From IMG/VR virus record IMGVR_UViG_3300034280_000607, positions 5,338 to 69,337 of that record: a stretch of DNA of 64,000 nucleotides, one strand, 5' to 3'. A program made the position numbers and the translations under genes. Origin of the DNA: a virus. A model generated the notes under the pieces. It was not told where the DNA came from and made no database searches. It saw only the letters and a list, made by a program, of their open reading frames with translations. The first letter of the stretch is position 1, and every line of letters begins with the position of its first letter. Below are positions 9,494-21,900 of the stretch, piece after piece.

Positions 9494-12400
9494 TTAGTCT
9501 ATCTGTTTTTTATAATACTCTATCCTGTTTATATTACTCAAGATTGGTAACACCTTAGTCACTTTAAGAGCAGTACGTTCAGCGTCATAGTCCAACTCTC
9601 CATCTTCTTTCTCCACTCCAAATCCGTAATACGTTACAGCTTTTGCAGCAGATCCCCAGTTTCTCATAGTACGTATGATTGGAAATGCCTCACGTTGTAA
9701 CTCAGATACAGAGTTAATACTAATATAATAAGTTAAGTCTCGGTTCAAGTCATGCAGCTGACGCAATACTAGTAAATTATAGATTTTTTTGTCTTTATCA
9801 TCATCTGGTGCCATAGCTTTTAAGAGCAGATAACTCATCCATAATGTAGTGATTATCTGTATTTCTTTGACAGCTTTTTTAAAGTTAGCAAGGACCATCT
9901 CGTCTTGAATATCTAGTCTTCGTCCCATCATAGCATCAAACATCATTCCAATAACAGCAAGTTTCTTTTCTCCTGCTAAACGTAAAAATGTTCTATAGTA
10001 ACCTTCTTCATCACGATCTAGTAAAGCATCCTTGTGTCGAGGATCCCATCTCACACCAATAGTTTCAGGTAACCAGGATTTAAACAAGAATAACAAACGA
10101 CCAATAGCGTTATCTCTACCCTTTACAAAAATATCGTTACCTGTTGCACCATGAAGTTTGTTTGCCAGCTGACGGTACTTCAATATCTTCTTATTAAAGA
10201 AATCCTCAAAGCTCAAACCTTCATTTGCATCTGCATTCCATGAACCATATATTGCTTCATCATAGTCCCGTTCTTCATTGAGTACATCCCAGAAAGACAC
10301 ATCTCCTTTAGATGTTTTAACCTGCTCACGTTTCATAGCAGAGAGCATCATCTCAGCTTTAAAGTGATAATCACCACCACTAAGCCAAGTATAAGCTTTT
10401 GGAATCATTTCCCTAAACTTATTAAGTGGAGTTTTCTTATCAGCCAACGTTCTTAAGTACATACCATCAACTCCTTCGACCATTGCTGAGTCACTTAAAA
10501 GTCCAGCTAGTTTACGTGTAAAATTAGTATCATACTTTCCACGGCTCCAGTAATTAGCAGTAGCACCAGTAAGCATCTTGTTGGCCCACATCAGTTCCTT
10601 TTTTCCAAAGTCACGTCCACCTGAAGCATGTATACGATTATTCACTTTACCTACTAATAAGTTTCTAATAGCTGAGAATGGTGCAAAACCAAGAGCTGTT
10701 AGGCGAGTGTTATTAATACCACTATCAATTGCTTTAGTGAGAGAAAACTTACGACCACCAAGTTTATAATACTGCTGAATCTTTGCGTCCCTAGCATCAA
10801 TAATAGTTTTACGATCTTCATCAGAAAGAGTATCATTTGTTTCCAACACTTCATTAAACTTCTTAATATCCTCACTAAGTTTCTGTGCTTCTTTAGCTTT
10901 GGCAGATTTATAACCTAATAAAGGTATTATTTCTTTCCAGTCGTAAAACAGTTCATCACTTTGCCATAGAGAATCTTCTGACTTTAGTCCATAAAAACCT
11001 TTTCTAACTGTAAAGTCAGCCAGCGACTGAATACTAGTAGCATCCTTATCCTGACGCACAAGAGTGTTCAATTTTTTATCAAACTTATATGAACCTTTAG
11101 TGTTCTGAATAATATCATTAATTGTATCTACTTCAGCTTTCACAGTATTTTTATGCTTGTAGATGAGAGCCATATCACTAAAAAGTTTAGCAATTAATCC
11201 CAAGTCAGTAGTACGTTCTTCTACAGCTACATTCTCAGTAATGAATCTGCTTTTAAAGTTTCTGAGTTCTTTACGACTAAAAGGATTAACAGCTGTTTTT
11301 TCTTCAAAACCACTAACAGTTAAAGCATTTACAAACCACTCACCAATACCATTTACAGACTCTTTTAACGAAGTGAATCCGTATTCTTTAGCTAATCTGT
11401 CTGCAATTATAGGAAGAAAGTTACTACCCAAATCTTCAATCTCTTCTTGTGGAAGCCATGTAAGATTATCAGAGATAAATTTTGTAAACCAGGTATAAAA
11501 CTCATAAAGCTTTGGATCAGCAGCTATCTTAGCAAAGTTCTCATCATAATAACCTGAGTCTTTACCACCTAGCGTTTTAACAGGTATCAAATAAGTATAC
11601 CGTGCACCACCATAGGCAGTAATCTTTTCACCAAAGAACTTCTGATTCATATACTTTAGTGGATTATTCATATCATCAAATTCCTCAACTTTATTCTTAA
11701 CATACTGATCATAAGTCATTCCTTGTGGAATAATTGACGGATCAGCAGCTGCCTCACTCATTATTTCATAAGCATATTCTTCTTTACGATTTTCAAAACG
11801 TTCATTCAGCTTGAAAGATTGACTAATAATGTCATTAACTTCCATCTGATTAAAACCCATAGATTTCATACGAGCTATCTCAACATCTCTCTGCTGATCT
11901 GTATAAGCATCCCGATTTATAAACAACAATGCATTAAAAGCAATAGTATTTTTCTCATTCCAAGCATGGTATGTTTTCCAGGCTAAAGACTTTTTAGTTT
12001 TATCGCCTTCTGCTTCTTTAAGATCTTTACGTAGTTTACGATTTACAGATCTTAGGTTATCCCAGAATGTCTGAGAATAACGAGTCACTATACCTAATGT
12101 TTCAACGCCATCACGGTTTTTCTGCTTTTTAATAAAGATGCTAAAATCTTTTATACCTTGAGTCATTTTGTCAATAATAGAATAGTTTTTACTATGCTCT
12201 TTATTTATTTTAAGATTAATCTCTTTTAAAATGTATGCCAAGTGATTAGGCAATGCCACACCTGCAGTGCTTAGTTCACGTGTCCACTCTGTAAGCCTTG
12301 TAGTATCTACTAGTTTAGTAATATCATCTTCAGACAACTTACCGTTTGAAACTTGCTTAATCAGCTCAACAGCCATAGCTTGTGAACGTCTGCTCAAAAG

Positions 12401-12943
12401 AGCATATTCGACCTCATTTTTTTCCAGTTGTTTGCTAAGCTCCGGATCTAGCTTGGGATCATAAATATCTGCAATACCTAAAGCTTCAGGAAGACTCTTC
12501 CAAGTTTCCACTATTGTGTTAGCAAATTGAAGCTCATTAAAAGTCATTGCTTTAGAAGTATACATAGCTTTTACCAACTCAGCGTCTATACGAGCTAGTT
12601 CCAATACAAAGTCTAGCTGCTGGTCGGCATTGGTTTCCAATAAAGCTTTGATAGAGTCAGAAGTTCTGCTAATGATACCATTATAGTAAGCAGTTTTTTT
12701 AAGCTTTACGTCTTTAGAATCTTTACTGTTCTTAATAGCCTGAATAACGTCTTCAGCCTGCTTCTTTCTTTGGTAAAGTACAGTTAATGTATCCTTTACA
12801 ATGTCAGACTGCTTCTGCTTTTTCTGTGTAGCTACTGACTTAAATATATCAACAGGATTCTGCTGGAACAAACCAGTAGCTATACCAGAAACCAGTTCTT
12901 CTTTTGTATACTCTTTACCGTTATATATGTATTTGCAAGCCAT
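9494..12943 (-). CDS. large internal virion (cargo/ejection) protein
   Basis: About 1149 aa; the likely start is ATG at 12943, in a TAATG overlap with the vRNAP stop. It is helical and lies directly downstream of the vRNAP, as in crAss-like phages. It has a late hydrophobic segment (IQIITTLWMSYLLLKAM) and a single Cys at residue 3. Confidence 0.7.
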   Translation of the reverse strand: MACKYIYNGKEYTKEELVSGIATGLFQQNPVDIFKSVATQKKQKQSDIVKDTLTVLYQRKKQAEDVIQAIKNSKDSKDVKLKKTAYYNGIISRTSDSIKALLETNADQQLDFVLELARIDAELVKAMYTSKAMTFNELQFANTIVETWKSLPEALGIADIYDPKLDPELSKQLEKNEVEYALLSRRSQAMAVELIKQVSNGKLSEDDITKLVDTTRLTEWTRELSTAGVALPNHLAYILKEINLKINKEHSKNYSIIDKMTQGIKDFSIFIKKQKNRDGVETLGIVTRYSQTFWDNLRSVNRKLRKDLKEAEGDKTKKSLAWKTYHAWNEKNTIAFNALLFINRDAYTDQQRDVEIARMKSMGFNQMEVNDIISQSFKLNERFENRKEEYAYEIMSEAAADPSIIPQGMTYDQYVKNKVEEFDDMNNPLKYMNQKFFGEKITAYGGARYTYLIPVKTLGGKDSGYYDENFAKIAADPKLYEFYTWFTKFISDNLTWLPQEEIEDLGSNFLPIIADRLAKEYGFTSLKESVNGIGEWFVNALTVSGFEEKTAVNPFSRKELRNFKSRFITENVAVEERTTDLGLIAKLFSDMALIYKHKNTVKAEVDTINDIIQNTKGSYKFDKKLNTLVRQDKDATSIQSLADFTVRKGFYGLKSEDSLWQSDELFYDWKEIIPLLGYKSAKAKEAQKLSEDIKKFNEVLETNDTLSDEDRKTIIDARDAKIQQYYKLGGRKFSLTKAIDSGINNTRLTALGFAPFSAIRNLLVGKVNNRIHASGGRDFGKKELMWANKMLTGATANYWSRGKYDTNFTRKLAGLLSDSAMVEGVDGMYLRTLADKKTPLNKFREMIPKAYTWLSGGDYHFKAEMMLSAMKREQVKTSKGDVSFWDVLNEERDYDEAIYGSWNADANEGLSFEDFFNKKILKYRQLANKLHGATGNDIFVKGRDNAIGRLLFLFKSWLPETIGVRWDPRHKDALLDRDEEGYYRTFLRLAGEKKLAVIGMMFDAMMGRRLDIQDEMVLANFKKAVKEIQIITTLWMSYLLLKAMAPDDDKDKKIYNLLVLRQLHDLNRDLTYYISINSVSELQREAFPIIRTMRNWGSAAKAVTYYGFGVEKEDGELDYDAERTALKVTKVLPILSNINRIEYYKKQID

Positions 12944-15900
12944 TAGCAATTAGTTTTAATGTTCAGTACGTTAATTATAGTATCAAAGTTTTGCTCGATG
13001 TAACTACGATTTACATTCTCTGTAGCAATTGATTTCTGTACAGTTTCTGTACGAGAACCAATCAGACCTATTATGTTTCTAAGACCTTCATCTAAAGCAG
13101 ACCTGTCTTTTACTTGTATACCCAGAGACTTGATAATGTTCATAAGCAGATCTATAAAACGATCCAGAACAGTTTTATCTCCCTGTACTTCTATAGTGTT
13201 CATAAACTGCTGAAAACTTTTATCAGTCATCATCATAGTAACAAAATCATACACACTGGTCAGACCATAGTAAAGTGACTTATCTTTAGCAGACAAGAAC
13301 CCGTCTGTGTTCATTTGGCTCATGGCCATAAGAAGTGATGCAGAGTGCTCAGGATCTTCTAGCATTTTGATTTGCACTTGATCAAAAAGGTTATTAATAG
13401 CTTTTACCCACTTACGCTGCTCCGGAGACAGTGTAGCTTGATCAGCCATCAGCATATCCACTGTAAGATGATGCATCAGCTCATGCATAATAACCTCATG
13501 AATCTTAGCCTTCATATCTTCAATATCAGTTGCATCAACAATGGCTGCTTTAGGATTAATAGTAATAGTCCGAGTAGCACGATTGTAGGTACCAGGATCA
13601 GCTTGAGACATATCTATCTTAAAAGTCACCTGCTCAATAGAACCAGTCTTACTAATAGCAGTAATGATAGCTTTGTTCAAAGGAGAAGTCACCTTGAATA
13701 AATTATTAAGAAAACCTTTATAGTCAGTAACTTGTTTTTCTTTACCAAATAACTCAGTAGTAAATATTTCTACTGCTTCATCTTTTTGATGACTTATTAA
13801 AAGCTCTAAAGGATTAAATACTTCTACTTCCGGAGCTTCGTCAACAGATACACCATCAGTAAACTCATTGTATGTAAAATCTGTTGCTACAATATTCTTA
13901 GGCACAACCAGTTTCTTAGCTGCACGAGACATACCTACGTAGTAAAGTGCATTCTTTTCTGTATTAAACTTAACACCATTACGAGTAATTACAGTGTTAG
14001 TTACTACACTCAAACTGCTTGTATCAAAATATACAATGGGAATAGTCATACCCTGTGACTTATGTACAGTGATACCATATCCAAAGTCTACACCCTTGTC
14101 TATTTCCAGATTAGCATTGATTCCTTTGTGTTTGTCTTTATCATAAAGCTCTACATCATTGATAGCCGGATTAAAAATATACCTGTTACCAGTATTTATT
14201 TCAGCAAGTTGCATACGTATAGTTTGTACTTCTACTAAATAGTTAGAATAAGAAATACCTTTTCTCTGATAAAGCTCATTAAGCTCATGTATTTTTCTAA
14301 GCTTGTCAGCAAGTTCTTTCTTGTTATTCAGCATCTGCTGAGGCGTAAGTTCAAAATCCAAAGAGTCATTAGCTGATAACTGCAAATAGCTGAACGATGC
14401 ACTAGTAGGAAATCCTTTCATACCTGCTTTCTGCAGATCTTCTAAAGCTTTAGATGTACTAGTAATTACTACAGAACCTTCATCTCTTACAGTGACATCT
14501 TGCACCATATAACTTACCGAGTTAGCCAAGTGACCTTTTTCTATCTGCTTAGTTTGAGAACCACCATAACCAACAATTTTTTCACCAGGTTTTAATGGGC
14601 CACTGTAACCCAACACTTGACGTGCAGCTTTATTAATCTTAGCTACACCATCATTAGTATAGTTAATAATAGTGATGTCTTCCAGGTTATTTTTCAAATC
14701 ATCAATCAACTCTTCATTATATTCCGATCTGCTTAACTGCTTCATGTTATCTGAGTTCTCAAACTCATATTCTACAAAGTCAGAATTGTTACGAATGTTA
14801 GTTAAGACAGTAAGAATATTATTATCCTTGGTTCTGAAAACTGTTGTAAGCTCAGACTTGTTAGGATTAGCAAAAGCTTTGGCAAGCTCTTTAGTCTTTA
14901 CACCAGGCATAACTTCAGGAATCTGTTTAGGATCACCCATAAAGATAATTTTAAAACCTTCTGCTTTAGCAGCAGCAACCAACTTCTCAAAGTCTTTATT
15001 AGCAAGCATAGAAGCCTCATCTAAAACAATGACGTTCTTTATTCCGGTAGCCCTGTCAGTAAGCTTTTTAGTAAACTTAGGTCCAGGTTTGCGAGGATCT
15101 CTGGATTCAGTTACAGAAGCCTGTACAGTCATTGGTAATTCCTTAGCTCCATATTTTACAATATTATTACCTAATGCTACAGTAGCAGCATGTGTAGGAG
15201 CCATGTATAAGAACTTAGTAGCTCTTGACTTCTGACCCATGTAACGATCCAAAATACCAATAATAGATGTCTTACCTGTACCTGCATATCCTTCTAAAGT
15301 GTAAGTACCATCAAAGGTTCCATCTCCTGAAGTCCTGGCTTCTACAAAGTCAATAATCTTTTTTAAAGCATCTGCCTGTTCTATACTAAGCTGGAACTCT
15401 GTTGGTACAGTGATTCCATTATAATTAAATGTTGTAGTAGATTCTTCCTGTTGAACCTGCTTTTCCTGTATTGGTGTATTCATCTGTTGCATCACACGAC
15501 GTGTGACATCGTCAGATGTAATTAGGTCAGCATATGAACTTGGTTGAAGAGAGTAAATACGGTTGTCAAAAGCTACATAGTATCTGTTTTCTTTACTACC
15601 AATCTGTATAGTGACAACTTTTTCTGGATACAGGATAGCAGCATGTGTAAGCTGCACTTTCATAAACAGTCCCTTATCTTTTACGAGAGCACCTTTTGCT
15701 CCATTATTATTAGCATAGAAAACATCAAAACTACCTGCGTTTTCTTCTAGGATAAAGTTTCTACCACCATATGTTACCTTGGTAAATAACTCCTGATCCT
15801 CTTGAGGTGCTTTAATAACTTCCTGCTCCTCGTTTTGCTCTGCTAAAATTTCAGCATCTTCAATTACACCATAATAAGCTTCTTGTAAAGCATTAATAAA

Positions 15901-18900
15901 CAAGTTTAGACCACCCGTTTCCCAAACAGTATTCTTATTAGTAGGCTGATGAGTAGCATTACTTAACCATTCCTGACCACCTATTTTAGTAATTTCTTCT
16001 ACCAAACGAGGATGTTGCTTAAGCTTAGCTTCCAGGATCTGTACCATCAGATCATATGTAGATCCTTTACCAAGACCTTCAGGTTTATACTTACCCTTGT
16101 TTTTCTGGTAAGCTTCTTCTGCATCTTTATAAGTAACCCCATCAAATGTAACAGGATAAGACTGAGTCAAATTACCTTTCTGCTTAGCCAGCTCTGTAGG
16201 ATTAGTAAGAGCTGCTGCCAGACCTTTAGAGTTAGAAGAGATTTCTACACCTTGACTAACAGGAGCATCCTGCTTATTCAACAACTTACTAAACCCTTCT
16301 TCAAATACTATATTAGATGGTATCTCTGCAGAAGAGAACATATCAGCCATCTCTTGTGCACTGTATCCGTTCAGGTTTTTACCTGTAGCACTATAGGCTA
16401 CCATGAACTCTTTATCTGAATTACGGTTAGCATGATCATACAACCTTTGTACCTGATAAATAATTTGTGCTTTAGTTCTACTAGGATGTTTTTCTTTAGT
16501 TAAATCTTTAGTTATAATAGCAAAACTTTGACCTTGAGCACCCCAAGCTTGTCCATATTTAGCACCAAACTTTTCTTTAGCTGTTTTAGCTGATCCTGCA
16601 CCGTGCCTTCCTTCTGTATTAGACCCAAACACAAACACTTGGTTAGGTTGCAAGCTTTCTATCTTACCTGTGTAAGTCTTAAGTTTAGTTGTTTCTGCCT
16701 GACTAAATGTTTTTGCATATACATTACGAATAGCCTGCAAAGACTTTTCTATAACTTCTGGCGTACTGAGTGTCCTGCTGCCTATACCTGCAAAGTTCTT
16801 TGTAAGTGTAGGAGTTTCAGTAAGTACAAAGTTTTTAGCATCATAGTCGTATTTATACCAACCTTGTTTTGTACCATCAAACACATACACCGGCTTACCT
16901 TCATTGATAGCCATTTGAACAGCATAGCCTGTACCTCCTTTAACTAAAGGAATAGCTGCTATTCTATTATCCCCAGCTTTATCAGAAGCATTCTCACCAG
17001 GTTGTTTAATAGTACCTAACGCATAAACAGCATCAGCATATTTAACCTGAGCCCAGTTTCTGATGATGTAGTTAGATCTTACAGTTTTATTAGCTGAATC
17101 AGTATACATCATTCTAAATGCAGCAGTAGCTTTTTGAGTACCTTCTGCGTAGTCTGTATCAGAAATATTTACTGGTTTAACACCTGCAGCTCTAAGCTTG
17201 CTAGAATCCAACTCTTTAGCACCTGGTTCTCTGTAATGATTATGTTTAACCACCCCAAACTCTCTACCAATCTGATCCCATTCTGTATCAGAAAGAGCAG
17301 CTCCGCCTGAGTGATTAATAAACTCGGCTGGATTATTAGAACCAGAAACTGCAGGCTGTTGTTGCACAGGAGCTACAGGCGGAACTGTTTCTTGAAATGC
17401 TGCATCATCCTCTACGTTATTATTACCTTCTATAGCTGATACCAGCTCTGGATTGTTGAAGTCATACTCCTTGATACCGTTGTATCCCAGAATATTTATT
17501 CTTTCATATGTAGCAGCACCAGAAGGATCTCCAATAGGACTCACTCTCTTATACAGATAGTTTACATTACGGCTACCTGCTTCTACAAACTCACTTGTAA
17601 ATGTATCATTGATGAGAATATACGGAGGATATTTAAAGTTTACTGTACTTCCTTGTTCTTTAAGAGATTTTGACTCACTGTTTGACAGAGGAACCTTTAA
17701 AGAGTCTGCTATGTTCTTTCCTTTAGAATCAGCTTCAAAATCACCAATCTTAATAGTAAACGTGTTTACATCTTTAAGCTCTTCTTTACCTACTAACTTC
17801 TTTACCACACGCTTAAAAACATTATCTTTTGCTCCTGTAAAACCACTGTAAGTAGAATACTTAAAGGATTTCGCAAACTGCTCAGGATTGTTCTGCACAA
17901 TCTGCAGAACCAAAGACTCCATAGCACCTGGATCATCCATGTGCATACTGTATGCAGAATCTATAACTCCTATAACTTTCTTAAAATCTTCATCACTAAA
18001 GTAATAATCTACGGGAATAAACCTTCCTATGTTACCTGCATCACTAGTTAAGAAAGGATATATAGCCAAGTCTTTAGCAAGCTGACGTATCTCTTCTTTA
18101 TCAGAAGTAGCCAGTTCATAAAACCCACTGATAATGCCTTTCTCATCAATGTCAGATCCAAATAAGGCACGGATACCAATAGTATATGCTTTTTGTCTAG
18201 GAGCCTGTTTGACTTCAATGTTTTTCAAAAAACCATTGCTTTTAAACTCCGGATCTTTAGCAAGGTTCACAATACGTTTACCTAAAGAACTTTCACCATT
18301 AATCATTTGTGCACGCATGCCACGGGCGTTCTGAAATAGTTCCAGTTCCGGCATTGTGTACATATACGCTTTGATACCATTAAAAACAGTATCATACAGA
18401 TTGATATAACTATTTTTTCCAAGCTCTTCTTTGTTCTTACCCTGGTTAGCCATTAGTATATCAACTATACTTTCTATGTTTTTACCAGAGCTGATAGGAA
18501 ATAGAATGTTATACATTTCTTGAGCTACCATCAAACTATGCTTTATAGAAGCTCCAATCTCACCCTGAGCCTGAATTTCCAGCATACCTGTATCTTTATT
18601 ACGCTGAACAGTACCTGCTATATTACTTAGACCAATAAAGTTAGTAGAACCAGAGAGTTTATTTAGCTGATTAAGCTTCTGACGTGTAGCAAATACGTTG
18701 GGACCAATACCCTTGGTATAAGTGTATACACTACCAAGTATAGTGTTTAACTCACGACCAATGTCTTCCATTCTCTTAAACAAATTCAGACTGTCATATT
18801 GAACTGTGTTATACTTAAGCATCATATTACGAACAGAACTATAACCTTTATCTTTAGCTATCTTTTCTAAAATAGTTTCAGCATTTAACTTTTCATTATA

Positions 18901-21900
18901 TTCTATACCTGACTCAGGATCTTTATAACTTAATTGTTCTTTTTGCTCAATTTGATTAACAAAGTTATATTGAGATAAAGCACCAGCTTCTATAGCTTTT
19001 CCTATTAACCACATGTCTTCCAGTGTTTCCGGATCCAGTGCCTGGTCACGATCTTGGTCTTCTAAATATTGTTCTACTTCCGCCATGCTGCCGAAGTATC
19101 CCTGCTTCATCAATCTTTCAGCAATCTTGCTTTGAATCTCCAGCATAGCAGTTTCCATAGCATTACTATCATACTCACCAAAAGAGTCTTGCTTCTGATC
19201 CATCAGAGTAAAGAGATGCTTGATAGCACCTTGGGAAGTAAGATCCATCACGAACTCAATAGGAGCTGCATTACCATCAGCGTCAGTGAGCATCTCAAAA
19301 ACACCAATAGCACTCATTGCTTTTTCTTCCCAATTGAACTCACGCAAAAACTGGTTCTTAGCGTTGTCCACTGACTCTGTAAACATCATATTTAGGTTCT
19401 CTGATATATTACGGGTCTTTCCTATAAAAGAGTTAGAACTACCGGGTTGTCCCAAGTAAAGTAGATCAATCACCTTTCCTTTCTTGGACAACTTAATTTT
19501 GATAGGATTTTCTTTTTCCAAATCATCCACTACCATACCTAGTCTAAGAACCTTGTCTTGAAAATCTGCTTGTGCAGAAATCAGGTTGGCAAATACACCC
19601 ACACCCACTTTACCAGAACGGTTGTCATTAAAACGATTAATAGAGGTTATAAAGTCCAGTGGTAGCATAACGTCTTTGTCTGAAGTGATACCGTACTTTT
19701 CTAGTTCAACTTCCCTTTCAGCCACTTTTCTTTTTACCTCAGGCATATCAATAGACTTGGTAATTTTATCATATGCAGCAGGGTGAGTAAGAACCATCCA
19801 ATGAATATCACGATAGAGCTGACCCAGTTGTTCTTCATTCATATTTTCAACATCTTCAGTACTATCCAGCTTATAGTTAACTAGTTCAAAAGTACTGGGA
19901 CGTTCCACTTTAAACTTTGGAACTTCATTATTTCCGTATTTATTTTTTACAGCCTGAGCCAGATAATTATTAAAATTAGAATATATGCCTTTATCGTCAG
20001 CCTGTTCACCAGCAGCTTTAGCTATCTTTTTAGCAGCAGCTACCAGTTCAGTATACTCTTCCTGATTGGCACCAAGTTTTTCTATAGTATTATCTTTATA
20101 GTTAAACTTTGTTGCATAAGCATAAAGTTTATCTACGTCAAAGTCAGAACCCATTTGACCGGTGATACCATCTGGAACAATAATAGTATTCTCCATATAG
20201 GCAGGTAGAAAACCTACCACTTCTATAGGAAGCATAGAAGGATGAGACTGGTTAGGAATACGCGTACCTACCAACTGAAACAATTCAGCTGGCATCTTAG
20301 AAGTATTTAATATTTTTACAGTGGTGTTTCCTACTTTTTCTTCAGTAATATATTTAGAAAGATCAACTAGTTTTCCATTTGCATCTCTAAGATACTGAGA
20401 TACAATCACCTGTGCAGGCTTTACCTCATCACCTTCTTTACGAATATAATTTAACTTGACGTCTCCATCTTTAAAGCTTTTGGCGTAACTATCTGTCCAA
20501 ATGATACCACTCTTTACACCTTTGGCAAGGTTTGAAAAGTTATACTTAGCTCCAACTCCGGATACCTGTACAAAGCTAGATCCTTCTACTTTCAACATCA
20601 CGTTCTTATTGATCATAGAGTTAATCAATCCCTGAAACTTCTTCAGCTTAAACTGCTGTTCTAACGGCATCAGAAACTTACCAGTTTTTTCATCTAGTTC
20701 TATGCTTTTAAGATCATTTTCCCCGTAGCTTCCTGTAGTGTCATTTATGATAACATCTTTAAGTAAACGATGCAAACCTCTATGAGATCTATTTAAGTCT
20801 CCTAATTCTTTTTGTAACTGTTGTACTTGTAAATCAAATAAACGGGAACGAACAAGTTCTTTTAAGCTTTTAGCTTGTGTACCACTCATTTCTTTAATAC
20901 CTTTTAAAGAAAAAGTTTCATTCAGCATGTTATCAAACAAGGTTCTGTTCATCTGAGAAACAGTACGTATTTCGTCTTTTTGATGAGGGATTTCCTGCTG
21001 TGTACGAAGACCATCACGGCTGAGTGTCTGTCTAGCTGCTGCCAGATCATCTTTAGAAGGTTCAATAAACTCAGAACCATTCTCATTAAACAGTGCTACT
21101 GATTTTATAGGTCGTCCGAGTTTCTTTGCAGAAGCAAAGTTTACAGCTTGTATACCATTTTGTTCCATCCATTGACGGAGCTTATCACGCTCACTACCAG
21201 CTTCATGCTGAGGAATCAATGGATAACGAGAAGACTTTACATAATCTATGCGGTTTAACCCTGCATCAGCAGTAGCCTCATCTACGTCATTTACATGTAC
21301 AGGTTTTGTAGGTGTGAATACATAACCTAGTTCTTTATCTGAAAGCTCGTAGTATCCACCAGGACCAGCTTTTTGGATCTTATCATATATTAATTGCCAG
21401 ATTTCTAAAGAAATCTTACCTTCACTCATAAGATTATCTATATGCTCATTGAGTGTAATGTATTCTTGAGCGTCTGTAATAGTGTTTTCTGTATCACCAA
21501 TTTTATACTCTACGTCCGCTGCAGTAAAAGCCTGGTAGTTTGAAGAAGAGTAACTCTCTCCATTTTTCATCTTCCAGCTGTAACTTCCTTGAGCACCCGG
21601 TGCAATTAGTGCAGCAGCACGCTTAGAAAATTCATCCCATGTAGAAGAAACTAATTTCACCTTATCCTCACCACTAATCTCATTGAACTTAGAAGCCTTA
21701 TTAAAATCTTTAAATGATTTGAATGCCAAGGCAGGATCAAAACGCAGAAACTGGATCATCTTTACCTGAGTGTTGATGTAATTCAGTTTCATGTCCATCA
21801 TCATTAGACGAGCCAAGTCACGACCTTTTAGTCCTGACTGACGTAAACGATTGATATAGTCTGTGTTCTTAAAGCCATTAATAGAAGTGGGGAAACTAAA

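Noticed and set aside
12944-12949. ORF-track start of the 1151-aa gene at 12949
   Set aside because: That start is a TTG inside the vRNAP gene; the ATG at 12943 forms a typical TAATG coupled overlap and is more plausible.
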